A stretch of 26,768 nt of DNA from a virus (IMGVR_UViG_3300049164_000015:1-26768), one strand, 5' to 3'; shown: positions 16,170 through 24,861, counted from the first letter of the stretch. The notes: generated by a model from the letters alone, not told the origin. Translations and numbers: made by a program.

Positions 16170-16540
16170 TTATAGAAGGTGAAGTCACGGACGGGGTTGT
16201 CAGTGTCCCGGTTACCTCGACATGGCGTTACAGCCCTGATGATCCTTGGGTAGTTGAGGTCGACTTCGCTGAAGACGAAGTTACCTGGGACATCTCTATT
16301 GAGCTGCTTCGTGGGGCGCTCTCATCTCCCTCTGGCGCGCTTCGAGGCTCCGGAGATCTGCTCATTGAGGTCAGCGGCATGCACGTGGTTCTGCACCTCA
16401 GTAATGGGTGTGCCACGGCAACAGTGATGCTTCCCGCTGACGAGGTCCAGGATTTCTTGGACCAGGTGAACGACCGGGACTCAGACGAAGTCGTTGCTCG
16501 GGAGCTGGACAAGTTCCTTGAGGGACTGGGGGTCGAGTGA
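16166..16540 (+). CDS. SsgA-like sporulation/cell-division protein (SALP family)
   Basis: VPV...RYSPDDPWVVEVDF..VTWDISIELL..G.GDL..V.LHLS..A..LP..VQDFL matches the SsgA family pattern. Confidence 0.8.
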   Translation: MIIEGEVTDGVVSVPVTSTWRYSPDDPWVVEVDFAEDEVTWDISIELLRGALSSPSGALRGSGDLLIEVSGMHVVLHLSNGCATATVMLPADEVQDFLDQVNDRDSDEVVARELDKFLEGLGVE

Positions 16541-16719
16541 ACTACACGGAGAAGTACGAGGTTCGTAAGAAGACGGAAGATGGCTGGGTTTCGCTTCCTC
16601 TCGATTCCTATGACGAGAAGGATGCAATCGAGTACATGCACCTGGAGGCAAGAGGCTCTGGTGTATGGCGAGTAGTTCGGGTCATGGAAGTGACCATTGC
16701 GAGTATCGCCAAGTCGTAA
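16537..16719 (+). CDS. Hypothetical protein
   Basis: GTGA overlap. Confidence 0.65.
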   Translation: MNYTEKYEVRKKTEDGWVSLPLDSYDEKDAIEYMHLEARGSGVWRVVRVMEVTIASIAKS

Positions 16720-16743
16720 GCCAACTCAACAGGGGAGGTCTTC

Positions 16744-18753
16744 TTGAAGACTCTGCACGCAGACGTTAAGGGTCCCGTCCGCATCCATGTAGTCGAGACC
16801 CCGGAAGACCTCCCCGGCTTCTACCAGTTCGTCAACGAGAACGAGGACTTCCTTGGTTTCGACACTGAGACCACGGGACTGGACTGGTGGAACGCTGGGG
16901 ATGGCTTTCACTGCCGGCTGGCTCAGTTCGGCAACCACGACACGGCTTGGATTCTCCCGGTAGAACTAGGTCAGCCCTTCGTTGGTGCGATGAAGACTGC
17001 TCTGGACAGAGCTAAGAGGCTTTCGGCCCAGAACCGCGGATTCGACATTCACACCGTTGAGTCTGACTTTGGTGTCGACCCTTTCCCTCTGGTTCAGAAG
17101 ACCTGGGACACCAAGATCTTGGCCCACCTGGTGGACGGACGAGCCACCAAGGAAGGCGGGGTTGGGCTCAAGCTCGAAGAGCTGGTGAAGCACTACGTTG
17201 ACGCCGGCTTGGGTGCTCAGATCAAGGGCTCAATGACCGAGATAGCCCAGGACATGAACCGTCAGAAGGAGGTTGTGGGCTTCAAGGCCCGGGACAAGGA
17301 CAAGGTCACTCATGAGTTCCGGTTCTCGGATAACCCTGACATCACCAAGGAGCTTCTGAAGTCTCTTGGCTACTCCTACATACGGGAGTTTAAGGAAGGT
17401 ATCTACGGCAAGGTCAACAAGGACAACGTGTGGAGGAAGGTCCCTCTTCAGCATGAGGGCTATTTGCTCTACGCCGGCATGGATCCCATCTTCGCCTATC
17501 GGCTGACCAAGATTCTCTTCCCTCTGATCCCGCGGAAGTCCCTGCACTGCGGACTGATTGGGTGGGAACACCGACTCAACTGGATCACCTACCAGATAGA
17601 ACGGACTGGCTACCTCGTAGACGAGGAGTACACCCGCCTTCGTATCGAGGAGCTGAAGGTTGAGGAGGCGAAGTGGAAGGCTGTTGCTGCTGAGTGGGGC
17701 GTCGAACTCATTGGCTCCTCTGAGCAGATCATCGAGGCCCTGAAGGGGCTCGGGTTCAAGCTGACCAAGAGGACGAACCCCAGCAAGGCGCACCCCAAGG
17801 GGCAGCTCTCTACGGATGACTCGGTTCTCAGCAGCATTGACCATCCGCTGACTGAAGCCATCATCAAGGCGAAGTCGGCTCAGAAGAAGCGCACGACGTG
17901 GTTCGAGAACGCCCTTAACAACAGGGACAAGCATGGCCGGGTGCATGTGGCCATCAATTCGTGCCAGGCGCGCAGTGCTCGTATGACCGTGACGGGAGCT
18001 ATCGCAGCACAGACCTTGCCCGCTGGGACTGGGTATGTCCGGCACGCCTTCTTGGCGGAGCCAGGGCATGTCTCGGCAACCGTGGACTTCGCGTCTATGG
18101 AGCTGATGTTCCTTGCCGCGGACTCTGGCGACAAGCGCATGTTGCAGGCGTACAACGAGGGCGAAGACCTCCACAACATCACCGCGGCTGGTGCCTTCGG
18201 TCTGATGGGTTGGGATCCCAATGACCACGAGGCCAAGCACCCAATGCGCAAGGCCGGCAAGGGTACCAACTACACCGTGTGTTTCGGAGGCGGCTGGAAC
18301 GCAGTTTCCACTCAGTGGGACATCGGTGAGGAGGACGCCAAGAAGGCCGTGAAGGGCTTCTGGGAGACCTACCCGGCTACGAGGAAGCTAGCCGACAAGT
18401 GCACCAACGAAGCCAAGCGAAACGGCTTCATCTTCACGGTTACTGGCCGGCGCATCCTCACGGATGAGCGGCGCCCATACGCCGCGATGAACTACCGAAT
18501 CCAGTCCTCATGCAGGGACATCACGGCTCGGGCCGTGATCGAACTCGATAAAGCCGGATTCACTCCTTGGATGCGTCTCATTGTGCATGACGAGATCGTA
18601 TTCAGCTTCCCCAAGGAGCGTGCGGAGGAGCTGACTAAGAAGGCAGCAGAGATCATGCAGTTCGTCTACAAGGGACTTCTGATTCCTGCTGATGGTGAGA
18701 TTGGTGACCGATCTTGGGGTTCCGTAATTGATCGAGAAGGGTCTAAGCACTGA
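16744..18753 (+). CDS. polA: Family A DNA polymerase with 3'-5' exonuclease domain
   Basis: FDTETTGL, NRGFD, YAGMD (Exo I-III); DFASMEL (A), RKAGKGTNYTVCFG (B), IVHDEI (C); GGAGGT RBS with TTG. Confidence 0.95.
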   Translation: MKTLHADVKGPVRIHVVETPEDLPGFYQFVNENEDFLGFDTETTGLDWWNAGDGFHCRLAQFGNHDTAWILPVELGQPFVGAMKTALDRAKRLSAQNRGFDIHTVESDFGVDPFPLVQKTWDTKILAHLVDGRATKEGGVGLKLEELVKHYVDAGLGAQIKGSMTEIAQDMNRQKEVVGFKARDKDKVTHEFRFSDNPDITKELLKSLGYSYIREFKEGIYGKVNKDNVWRKVPLQHEGYLLYAGMDPIFAYRLTKILFPLIPRKSLHCGLIGWEHRLNWITYQIERTGYLVDEEYTRLRIEELKVEEAKWKAVAAEWGVELIGSSEQIIEALKGLGFKLTKRTNPSKAHPKGQLSTDDSVLSSIDHPLTEAIIKAKSAQKKRTTWFENALNNRDKHGRVHVAINSCQARSARMTVTGAIAAQTLPAGTGYVRHAFLAEPGHVSATVDFASMELMFLAADSGDKRMLQAYNEGEDLHNITAAGAFGLMGWDPNDHEAKHPMRKAGKGTNYTVCFGGGWNAVSTQWDIGEEDAKKAVKGFWETYPATRKLADKCTNEAKRNGFIFTVTGRRILTDERRPYAAMNYRIQSSCRDITARAVIELDKAGFTPWMRLIVHDEIVFSFPKERAEELTKKAAEIMQFVYKGLLIPADGEIGDRSWGSVIDREGSKH

Positions 18754-18923
18754 TGGAACTTGCTATCTCGGAAGTCCCTGAGCGTCAGGGGAAGTGGCTT
18801 GTGGTGGACGAGGGAAACTCCTTCTACCCCGTGGCCAAGTTCCGCAGTGATGATGCAGTGGACAAGTTCAAGGAATGGGCTCGACAGAGCAACGGCAAGA
18901 TCTTCTTTTTTGAGGAGAACTGA
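18753..18923 (+). CDS. 56-aa hypothetical protein (MELAISEVPERQGKWLVVDEG...)
   Basis: Hand translation; TGATG overlaps on both sides. Confidence 0.65.
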   Translation: MELAISEVPERQGKWLVVDEGNSFYPVAKFRSDDAVDKFKEWARQSNGKIFFFEEN

Positions 18924-19168
18924 TGGACGACGACAAGTACAAGGAGCAGTTCGAGGCTCTGACTGAAGGCATGGAATACGAGAAGATGCTTGACCGTCTT
19001 GCGGGGCGTGCTGAGCTTGCTCGGATCATTGCCCGCCACAGTGCTGAGGTCTACAAGGCCGGACGTGATGCCGGCCTCCCTCGTGCGACGGCAGGACAAA
19101 TGGCCATTTTCTACTTCCAGTTCGAGATCACTCCGTCCAGCGTCTACGTCATCGGGGGAGACGAGTGA
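18923..19168 (+). CDS. Hypothetical protein
   Basis: GAGGAG RBS, overlap coupling. Confidence 0.7.
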   Translation: MDDDKYKEQFEALTEGMEYEKMLDRLAGRAELARIIARHSAEVYKAGRDAGLPRATAGQMAIFYFQFEITPSSVYVIGGDE

Positions 19169-19392
19169 ACGACAACCACGAGTTCTGGCTTGTTGAGCAG
19201 TTCGTTGACCTTGGTAATGAGTCCTTCTGGCATGAGAAGGCTCGGTTCTTTCGGAAGAGGTTCCAGAGTGAGACTTACCTGCTGAAGAACTGCCATCTTG
19301 TTGGTGAGCGGGACGTAGTTAAGCACGGAGGGCGATACCGAATCCGTGTTGTCCGTGAGGAGACGGTGTTCGACTCCGGGGAGGGTCAGTGA
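19165..19392 (+). CDS. Hypothetical protein
   Basis: GTGA overlaps. Confidence 0.65.
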   Translation: MNDNHEFWLVEQFVDLGNESFWHEKARFFRKRFQSETYLLKNCHLVGERDVVKHGGRYRIRVVREETVFDSGEGQ

Positions 19393-19790
19393 TTACCGAG
19401 CAGGAGATGAAGGATCTCGAAGAGATCCGCCGGCTTCTTGACGAGGCGTATGAGCACTACTTCACGAACTCCGATGGACACTGCAAGTCCTCTGAGGGCT
19501 ACATCGGTCTTCAGTTCACCAACTACTTCGAACGTCGTGATGGTGAGCCCTTTGGGATCAAGGGCGTAGAGATCTTCTCGTACGTTCTGGGCCCTGGTCG
19601 CTCACATACCTTCGCAGACACCAATGAGGCTCTCGTGTCTGTCCGGTCCTGGCATAAGCGGGAGATGGAGACGGACTACGAGGAAGACGACCTCTGGGAA
19701 GACTTCGATCCCGAAGACGAGGATCCGATGCCGTTGGGTTGGGACCTTAATGACGAGTACGGCTGGCTTGATGCTGAGGAAACCCACTAG
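19389..19790 (+). CDS. Acidic hypothetical protein
   Basis: GGAGG RBS, GTGA overlap. Confidence 0.7.
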   Translation: MITEQEMKDLEEIRRLLDEAYEHYFTNSDGHCKSSEGYIGLQFTNYFERRDGEPFGIKGVEIFSYVLGPGRSHTFADTNEALVSVRSWHKREMETDYEEDDLWEDFDPEDEDPMPLGWDLNDEYGWLDAEETH

Positions 19791-19799
19791 GAGGAGTTG

Positions 19800-20219
19800 G
19801 TGAGTCATGTACGACCAGATTGGGCGACCTATTTCCTCGGAATTGCATCCGCAGTTTCATTGCGAGGTGACTGCATCCGGTGCCAAGTGGGCGCCGTTCT
19901 CGTGGGACCTGATCATCGGATCCGATCCACGGGTTACAACGGAAGTTATCCGGGAGGCCCGTCTTGCAGCGCTGGAGAATGCGGGCGGTGTTCGTCTGAA
20001 GTCCCGTCCGGTTCGGGTTATGAGGACTGTATTGAGGTCCACGCAGAGGCCAACGCTCTCCTATACGCGTCCTGGGAGGACTGCCAGGGGTCGACGTTGT
20101 ACGCGACCCGGAAGCCTTGTAAGGACTGTACGAAGCTCATTCGGTCCTCGGGTGTCAAGACTGTCGTCTACCGAGAAGTGGTAATGGGTGCTCTCATGAC
20201 CATCTGGTTGGAGTTCTGA
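19800..20219 (+). CDS. dCMP deaminase
   Basis: RPDW..YF, VGAVLV, STGYNG, HAEANA, PCKDC. Confidence 0.93.
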   Translation: MSHVRPDWATYFLGIASAVSLRGDCIRCQVGAVLVGPDHRIRSTGYNGSYPGGPSCSAGECGRCSSEVPSGSGYEDCIEVHAEANALLYASWEDCQGSTLYATRKPCKDCTKLIRSSGVKTVVYREVVMGALMTIWLEF

Positions 20220-20581
20220 TGTTCACAGTCATTGTGACTGGTAGCCGAGATTACGAAGGCGATCAAAAGGTGTTCGAAGAGTTGGGGAACCGCTACTACC
20301 AGACAGAGGGTCCCTTTTTCGTTCGGCATGGCGACTGTCCAACGGGCGCTGACCGGTTCGCAAGCATCTGGTGCGACTTCGGCCAAGAGGGCGTCCACGA
20401 GATCAAGCACCCTGCTGATTGGGACCAGCACGGCAAAGCCGCGGGTCCTATCCGAAACAGGGAGATGGCTCAGGCCGGCGCAGACCTCTGCTTGGCCTTC
20501 CCTCTCGGGGAGTCCCGAGGAACTTGGAATTGTGTCAACGAGTGCAAGAAGGCTGGTATCCCAGTGAAGGTGATTCGATGA
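20219..20581 (+). CDS. YspA/SLOG-family (DUF2493) protein
   Basis: VTGSRDY, HGDCPTGAD, AGPIRNREM, AFP..SRGT. Confidence 0.85.
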   Translation: MFTVIVTGSRDYEGDQKVFEELGNRYYQTEGPFFVRHGDCPTGADRFASIWCDFGQEGVHEIKHPADWDQHGKAAGPIRNREMAQAGADLCLAFPLGESRGTWNCVNECKKAGIPVKVIR

Positions 20582-20841
20582 CTGACCGAGACGAACGTAT
20601 TGAGAACTACTACCAGCAGAGTGCCTGGGATCTGGCTGAGCGGATCGTAGATCTCGAAGACCAGATCAAGGCGCAGGAGCTGGACCCGAGCCGGCTGGAG
20701 TCGGCCCTTCGGATGTATGTCGCTGAGCTGGATTACGACATTCACAAGGGCATTCAGTGCGGCGAGGAAGATGGGTTGGACCACTACCCGGAGGAAGTCG
20801 ACTACTTCCTTCGGTGCTGGGAGACGGCTGGGGAAGGCTGA
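20578..20841 (+). CDS. Hypothetical protein
   Basis: ATGA overlap at 20578. Confidence 0.7.
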   Translation: MTDRDERIENYYQQSAWDLAERIVDLEDQIKAQELDPSRLESALRMYVAELDYDIHKGIQCGEEDGLDHYPEEVDYFLRCWETAGEG

Positions 20842-21026
20842 TGGCGTTCTACCGAGACGTTGACGGGGCTATCTGGCAGGACGGACATCCTGATGTCCTC
20901 TACTGCATTGTCGATCCGGATGACGACCACACTTCGATGATCGGAATTCCGATCCCCTGGTATCAGGTTTCTGATTCGTTTGGTCCTCTTATCGCTGTCC
21001 GTCCTACTGGCTGGGAGGAAGTCTGA
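20841..21026 (+). CDS. Hypothetical protein
   Basis: TGATG overlaps. Confidence 0.65.
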   Translation: MAFYRDVDGAIWQDGHPDVLYCIVDPDDDHTSMIGIPIPWYQVSDSFGPLIAVRPTGWEEV

Positions 21027-21253
21027 TGGGTGTTTTTGACGGAGGCGCCTACCGAGTCAACGTCTACCGCAAGAGTCACGAGGACCCGGAAGACCCGGAG
21101 ACCTACAACATGGATGAGGCTGAGGAGGCTGTTAAGGCTCTCCGGGACGACTCCGATGTGAGGGCAGTGGAGGTCTTCAACCTTCACTATGTGATCGGCA
21201 ATTACCGAGGAGATCTTTCATTCGGCAACCCTTGGGAAGAGGAGGATGAGTGA
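21026..21253 (+). CDS. Hypothetical protein
   Basis: GGAGG RBS, TGATG overlap. Confidence 0.7.
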   Translation: MGVFDGGAYRVNVYRKSHEDPEDPETYNMDEAEEAVKALRDDSDVRAVEVFNLHYVIGNYRGDLSFGNPWEEEDE

Positions 21254-21357
21254 GCCGAGAGGAGTGGATCAAGAAGCACTCCAGCCAGGCCCCTGTGTTG
21301 TCTGATGAAGTCCTGGCTCGTGCCTTGTCTCAGTTTGGTGTGAAGATCAAGAAGTAA
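21250..21357 (+). CDS. 35-aa putative recombination directionality factor, copy A (MSREEWIKKHSSQAPVLSDEVLARALSQFGVKIKK)
   Basis: Hand translation; GAGGAGG RBS, GTGA overlap; AP.LS.E..L..L motif; paralogue at 23022. Confidence 0.65.
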   Translation: MSREEWIKKHSSQAPVLSDEVLARALSQFGVKIKK

Positions 21358-21364
21358 CGTTGAA

Positions 21365-21391
21365 GGCCCCTCCCCGTTTGGGGGAGGGGCC
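21365..21391. terminator. Hairpin terminator between the convergent early arm and integrase
   Basis: 11-bp stem GGCCCCTCCCC-GTTTG-GGGGAGGGGCC. Confidence 0.75.
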
Positions 21392-21395
21392 GTTG

Positions 21396-22916
21396 CTATG
21401 CCTGCTTGAACACTGGTGTCAGTCGGTTGTGGTCGATCCCGCCTGCCCGGGGCTTCCCCCGGCCCTTGGCCACCATGACCGCGGACAAGACACTCATGAT
21501 GACCTCCCGTTGCCTCTCGATTGAGAGCTTCTCCCAGCCATCCTTGATGGTGTCGAGCGACGGGGCCTTCACGGGACGAGCAAGAGCGACTGCCCTCTCC
21601 CCGCGGAGCCGATCAATCTCGCCTTCCAGCTTCTCCCGGCCGATGATGTACGAGGTCGTCTTGATCTGGTCAGCCTTCCAGAGGGCGTGAAGTTCCTCGA
21701 ACTCCGCCTCCAGGGAGGCAAGTTCTTCTGCCTTCTCCCACTTGGGGCCAACCTCCTCAGTCTCCTTCTGGGCTGAGGCAGCCATCAGGACATCGGAGAC
21801 CAGGCCGCGAACAGCGTCCTCCGAGTGTGGCCGGCTGATGGTGATGTTTCCGCAGCCTCCAGCATCCTTGGCGCACCTGTACTTGGGGTACTTCCGCGAG
21901 GAGTTGGCAGCCACCATCCGAGTTCCGCACTCCCCACAGCGGAGGATGCCGGACAGGATGCTTCGCACTGTGTTGGCGGGTGGGCCGGACTTGGCTCTGT
22001 TGGCTTGCTTCCTGCCCTCGATGACGTCCTTGACAGCCCTCCACTCGTCGACAGTCCAGGGAGCCTTCTCCCAAGGCCCCATGACGTAGCTGCCGTCCTC
22101 GCCCTTCAGAGGCTCTCCCCGAAACACCCGGATACCAGCGTTTCGAGGGTTGATGAGGATGCGGAGGACGCTGGAGCGGATGAACGGCTTGCCGGTACGG
22201 CCTACAAAGCCTTCCCCCCGGAGCCAATCCATGCATGTGGTGACGGAGTCGCCTTTGAGGACCATGTCCCTCATGGTGTTGAGGGCTTGAGTCTCCTTAG
22301 CGTTGAGGGTCCCGTCCTGGTTCCAGCCGAAGGGAGCCACTCCAGTGGGGACCTCGCCGGCAAAGGCCTTGCGCTCCATCTCGCGCTTCAGGCGCCGGGA
22401 CTGGTCCTCAGATGACTTGTTGGCGACACTGACCATGATCCGAGCGGAGAACCGTCCGTCTGCGGTCGTCAGATCGAAGTTCTGTCCAGAGAGGGTGTGG
22501 AAGACGAGAGTGCAGTTGGGCTTGTCGTAGCAGTCGATGACCCGCTCAAGGTCCCGAGGCTGCCGGTACACGCGGTCAATGTCGTAGGCGAGAATGCCCC
22601 CGATAGCCGGGACGGCAAGATCATTCACCATCCTCTCGAAGTCCTTGCGCTTCACGCTGCGCTTGAAGGCTGAGAGGTTGTTGTCCTCGTACCACACGAG
22701 TGGACGGCCGGGGTAGAGGTTGTCCCGTAGTCTGGTGATGTCCTCCTTCTGCTTGAGGACACCCTTCCTCTCCCTCTCCTTGGCTTGCTCAGGGGTAAGA
22801 GCCCCGATCTTGACCAAGTGCCGGATCTCCGCCAAGTCCGCATCGGACATGCGGAGGTAGCCGGCAAGTGGCAGTAGTGCAGCCACGGCTTCCCCTCCTG
22901 ATGCAGTTGCACGCAT
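21396..22916 (-). CDS. Large serine integrase
   Basis: YLRMS catalytic motif, DNNLSA..R..FERM, DRVYR, recombinase domain (PFGW..INPRNAG), Zn ribbon LSGILRCGECG..YRC..C, coiled coil. Confidence 0.95.
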   Translation of the reverse strand: MRATASGGEAVAALLPLAGYLRMSDADLAEIRHLVKIGALTPEQAKERERKGVLKQKEDITRLRDNLYPGRPLVWYEDNNLSAFKRSVKRKDFERMVNDLAVPAIGGILAYDIDRVYRQPRDLERVIDCYDKPNCTLVFHTLSGQNFDLTTADGRFSARIMVSVANKSSEDQSRRLKREMERKAFAGEVPTGVAPFGWNQDGTLNAKETQALNTMRDMVLKGDSVTTCMDWLRGEGFVGRTGKPFIRSSVLRILINPRNAGIRVFRGEPLKGEDGSYVMGPWEKAPWTVDEWRAVKDVIEGRKQANRAKSGPPANTVRSILSGILRCGECGTRMVAANSSRKYPKYRCAKDAGGCGNITISRPHSEDAVRGLVSDVLMAASAQKETEEVGPKWEKAEELASLEAEFEELHALWKADQIKTTSYIIGREKLEGEIDRLRGERAVALARPVKAPSLDTIKDGWEKLSIERQREVIMSVLSAVMVAKGRGKPRAGGIDHNRLTPVFKQA

Positions 22917-22945
22917 GACGTGCTATCAGGCATCATAGACGTAGT

Positions 22946-22995
22946 TAGTGCTTCTCGTGAGCCTTCTCCTGGGAGAAGGACTGCGAAACGCACCA
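22946..22995. other. attP-like site
   Basis: 50-bp imperfect inverted repeat about a central TG: TAGTGCTTCTCGTGAGCCTTCTCC-TG-GGAGAAGGACTGCGAAACGCACCA, 29 bp upstream of int. Confidence 0.7.
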
Positions 22996-23021
22996 TAGCA
23001 GAAGGGGCGTGACCAGGAACA

Positions 23022-23132
23022 ATGTCTCAGGCCGAGTGGATCAAGAAGTGGCGTGACCAGGCTCCGAGCCTCCCGCAGCCGGATCTGAACCGAGCGCTTC
23101 TGGTGCTGTCTGGCAAGGAGGCCTCCAAGTGA
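23022..23132 (+). CDS. 36-aa putative recombination directionality factor, copy B (MSQAEWIKKWRDQAPSLPQPDLNRALLVLSGKEASK)
   Basis: Hand translation; AGGA RBS; GTGA overlap with the next gene; 16/35 aa identical to 21250..21357. Confidence 0.65.
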   Translation: MSQAEWIKKWRDQAPSLPQPDLNRALLVLSGKEASK

Positions 23133-23347
23133 GCCGGGTGACCAAGAACCTCTCTGTCATGTGGACTGACGAGATGTACGAGGACATGAAGATCCTCAAG
23201 GAAGCCCACGGAGACCAGTCCGAGGCAACTAGGTGGGCTCTGAAGATCGCTGCCAACATCTTGGAGTACGGATGGTTGGCCGGCTACGAGGACCGTGGCA
23301 AGGTCCCTGAGGTGCGAGTGCAGTACCGGGTGAAGGCTGGAGAGTAG
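23129..23347 (+). CDS. Small ribbon-helix-helix-like DNA-binding protein
   Basis: KNLSVMWTDEMYEDMKIL..DQSEATRWAL beta-alpha-alpha pattern; AAGGAGG RBS. Confidence 0.6.
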   Translation: MSRVTKNLSVMWTDEMYEDMKILKEAHGDQSEATRWALKIAANILEYGWLAGYEDRGKVPEVRVQYRVKAGE

Positions 23348-23614
23348 TAACAGAGCCACTGTGGGCCCCCGCTAGGCGTCAGCATCGCTGATGCCGGCAG
23401 GCGGGGGCCTTCTGCTGTGTTCGGAAGAATACGAAGGACCGCAGCAGGGTCCCTGCGCCAACAGGGATTTTTCATCCGAGCCACGGTCCTTCGTCTGCAC
23501 CCACCGGGAGAGGGCTTCTCCAACAGCGGTACCCGAATCGTATGCCGTAGAGGCATGGCCAATCTAGCCCTTCGGGCTAGCTGGGACGCAGGTGAGCCAA
23601 TCCCCCTCAGGCAC

Positions 23615-23653
23615 GAAGAAACCCCCTGGCGTAGCAGGCCAGGGGGTTTCTTC
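23615..23653. terminator. Bidirectional terminator
   Basis: Perfect 16-bp stem GAAGAAACCCCCTGGC/GCCAGGGGGTTTCTTC. Confidence 0.8.
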
Positions 23654-23694
23654 TACGACCTCAAGCGGCGGGCCTGGGCCGTAGGGCACTGATC

Positions 23695-23910
23695 CTACAG
23701 GGAGATGTCACCCCTCTTCACAGCTTCGACGAAGCTACCCCAAGCGGTGTCCTTGAAGACGACCGCGGGGCCGGCAGGCACCTTCGAGTCCCGAACAGGG
23801 AGCACCGCGGGGAGGCCGTGGGCGACCTCTACACAGTCGTTGGCTCCTCCGCTGTATGTGGACCTCGTCCAGGTGAAGCCAGCGGACGAGGCGTTGGGGA
23901 TCCTATTCAT
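23695..23910 (-). CDS. DUF397 (BldB/Scr2-like) protein
   Basis: WTRSTYSGG.NDCVEVA..VRDSK.P.GP.V.F...W..FV. Confidence 0.95.
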   Translation of the reverse strand: MNRIPNASSAGFTWTRSTYSGGANDCVEVAHGLPAVLPVRDSKVPAGPAVVFKDTAWGSFVEAVKRGDISL

Positions 23911-24767
23911 TGTTGTTCCTTTAGTTGCTCAATGAGGTAGGCCGATTCAGCGAGTGGCAGAGCCTCGTCCATCAGGCGAGCGAAGGCGCTGCGGTACCGC
24001 TGAACCTCTGTAGTGTCCTCGACGTACAGGGAGCTAGTCAGGCTCTCGACTAGGACAACGTCCAGAGCGGGCGTCTCCGGGAACCCGAGCATGGTGAAAG
24101 CGCCACTCATGCCCACGTGCGGAGGTGCACTGAGCGGAAGCACCTGCACCGAGGCGTTTGGCAGACTGCTGATGTCAAGTAGGTGCTGAAGCTGCTCCTT
24201 CATCATCCGAGGGTCACCGTGGACCTTCGGGCGGAGCGCTGCTTCGTGGACCACGGCCCATAGCTCCAGCGGTTCCCGACGGGACAGCACCGACTGACGA
24301 GCCCGCCGCACCTCAACAAGGGCGTCAACTTCCGCAGGCAACGAGTCCATGCGGATGGCTTCAATTGTTGAGCGGGCATAGGAGGCTGTCTGAAGGAGAC
24401 CCGGAATCAGAGTCGTCTGGAAGGAGCGCATTGTCCTGGCCCCGTCTTCCAGACTGATCAGGTCCGCATAGGCAGGGTCGATCATGTTTCGGTAGTTCTG
24501 CCACCAGCCACGCTTGCTGCTGTGGCGGGCAATGGAGTGGAGGACGGACCGGAGGGCTTCGTCCTCGACCTCGTAGAGGTCCAGCAGGTGATCAAGGTCT
24601 TCCGACTTGATGCCCAGCCGGCCCTTCTCGATGCGGTTGACCTTGGATTCAACCAGACCTGTCCGTGAGGTGACGTCTTCGAGCTTCAGCCCCTTGCTAC
24701 GTCGAAGCTGTTCGAGCTGTGAGCCAACCTGACGCTTACGCACAGTCGGTTCCCCAACAGCCCCCAT
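23907..24767 (-). CDS. Xre-family regulator, HTH plus DUF5753 (WhiJ/Scr1-like)
   Basis: PTVRKRQVG..L..LR HTH, GWWQNY, IPGLLQT..YA, R..RQ.VL, HEAAL, QL.HL. Confidence 0.95.
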   Translation of the reverse strand: MGAVGEPTVRKRQVGSQLEQLRRSKGLKLEDVTSRTGLVESKVNRIEKGRLGIKSEDLDHLLDLYEVEDEALRSVLHSIARHSSKRGWWQNYRNMIDPAYADLISLEDGARTMRSFQTTLIPGLLQTASYARSTIEAIRMDSLPAEVDALVEVRRARQSVLSRREPLELWAVVHEAALRPKVHGDPRMMKEQLQHLLDISSLPNASVQVLPLSAPPHVGMSGAFTMLGFPETPALDVVLVESLTSSLYVEDTTEVQRYRSAFARLMDEALPLAESAYLIEQLKEQQ

Positions 24768-24861
24768 GGCTCTCCCTCTCGTTGGTCATGCCGACATCTT
24801 CAGACCTGGTCCAAGGCCTGACTACAGCTTTCCACAGTCGACCGTGGACGGCTCTGGGCTG

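Noticed and set aside
17230-18240. 336-aa antisense ORF within polA, and similar - strand ORFs across the early arm
   Set aside because: Antisense shadows of well-supported + strand genes
12488-18753. Inteins or introns in RNR or Pol A
   Set aside because: Lengths are normal, frames uninterrupted and no C...HN splice motifs seen
23284-23692. ORFs 23284..23562 (-) and 23417..23692 (+), or a type I toxin
   Set aside because: No RBS, no hydrophobic peptide, and they run through strong hairpins or the terminator
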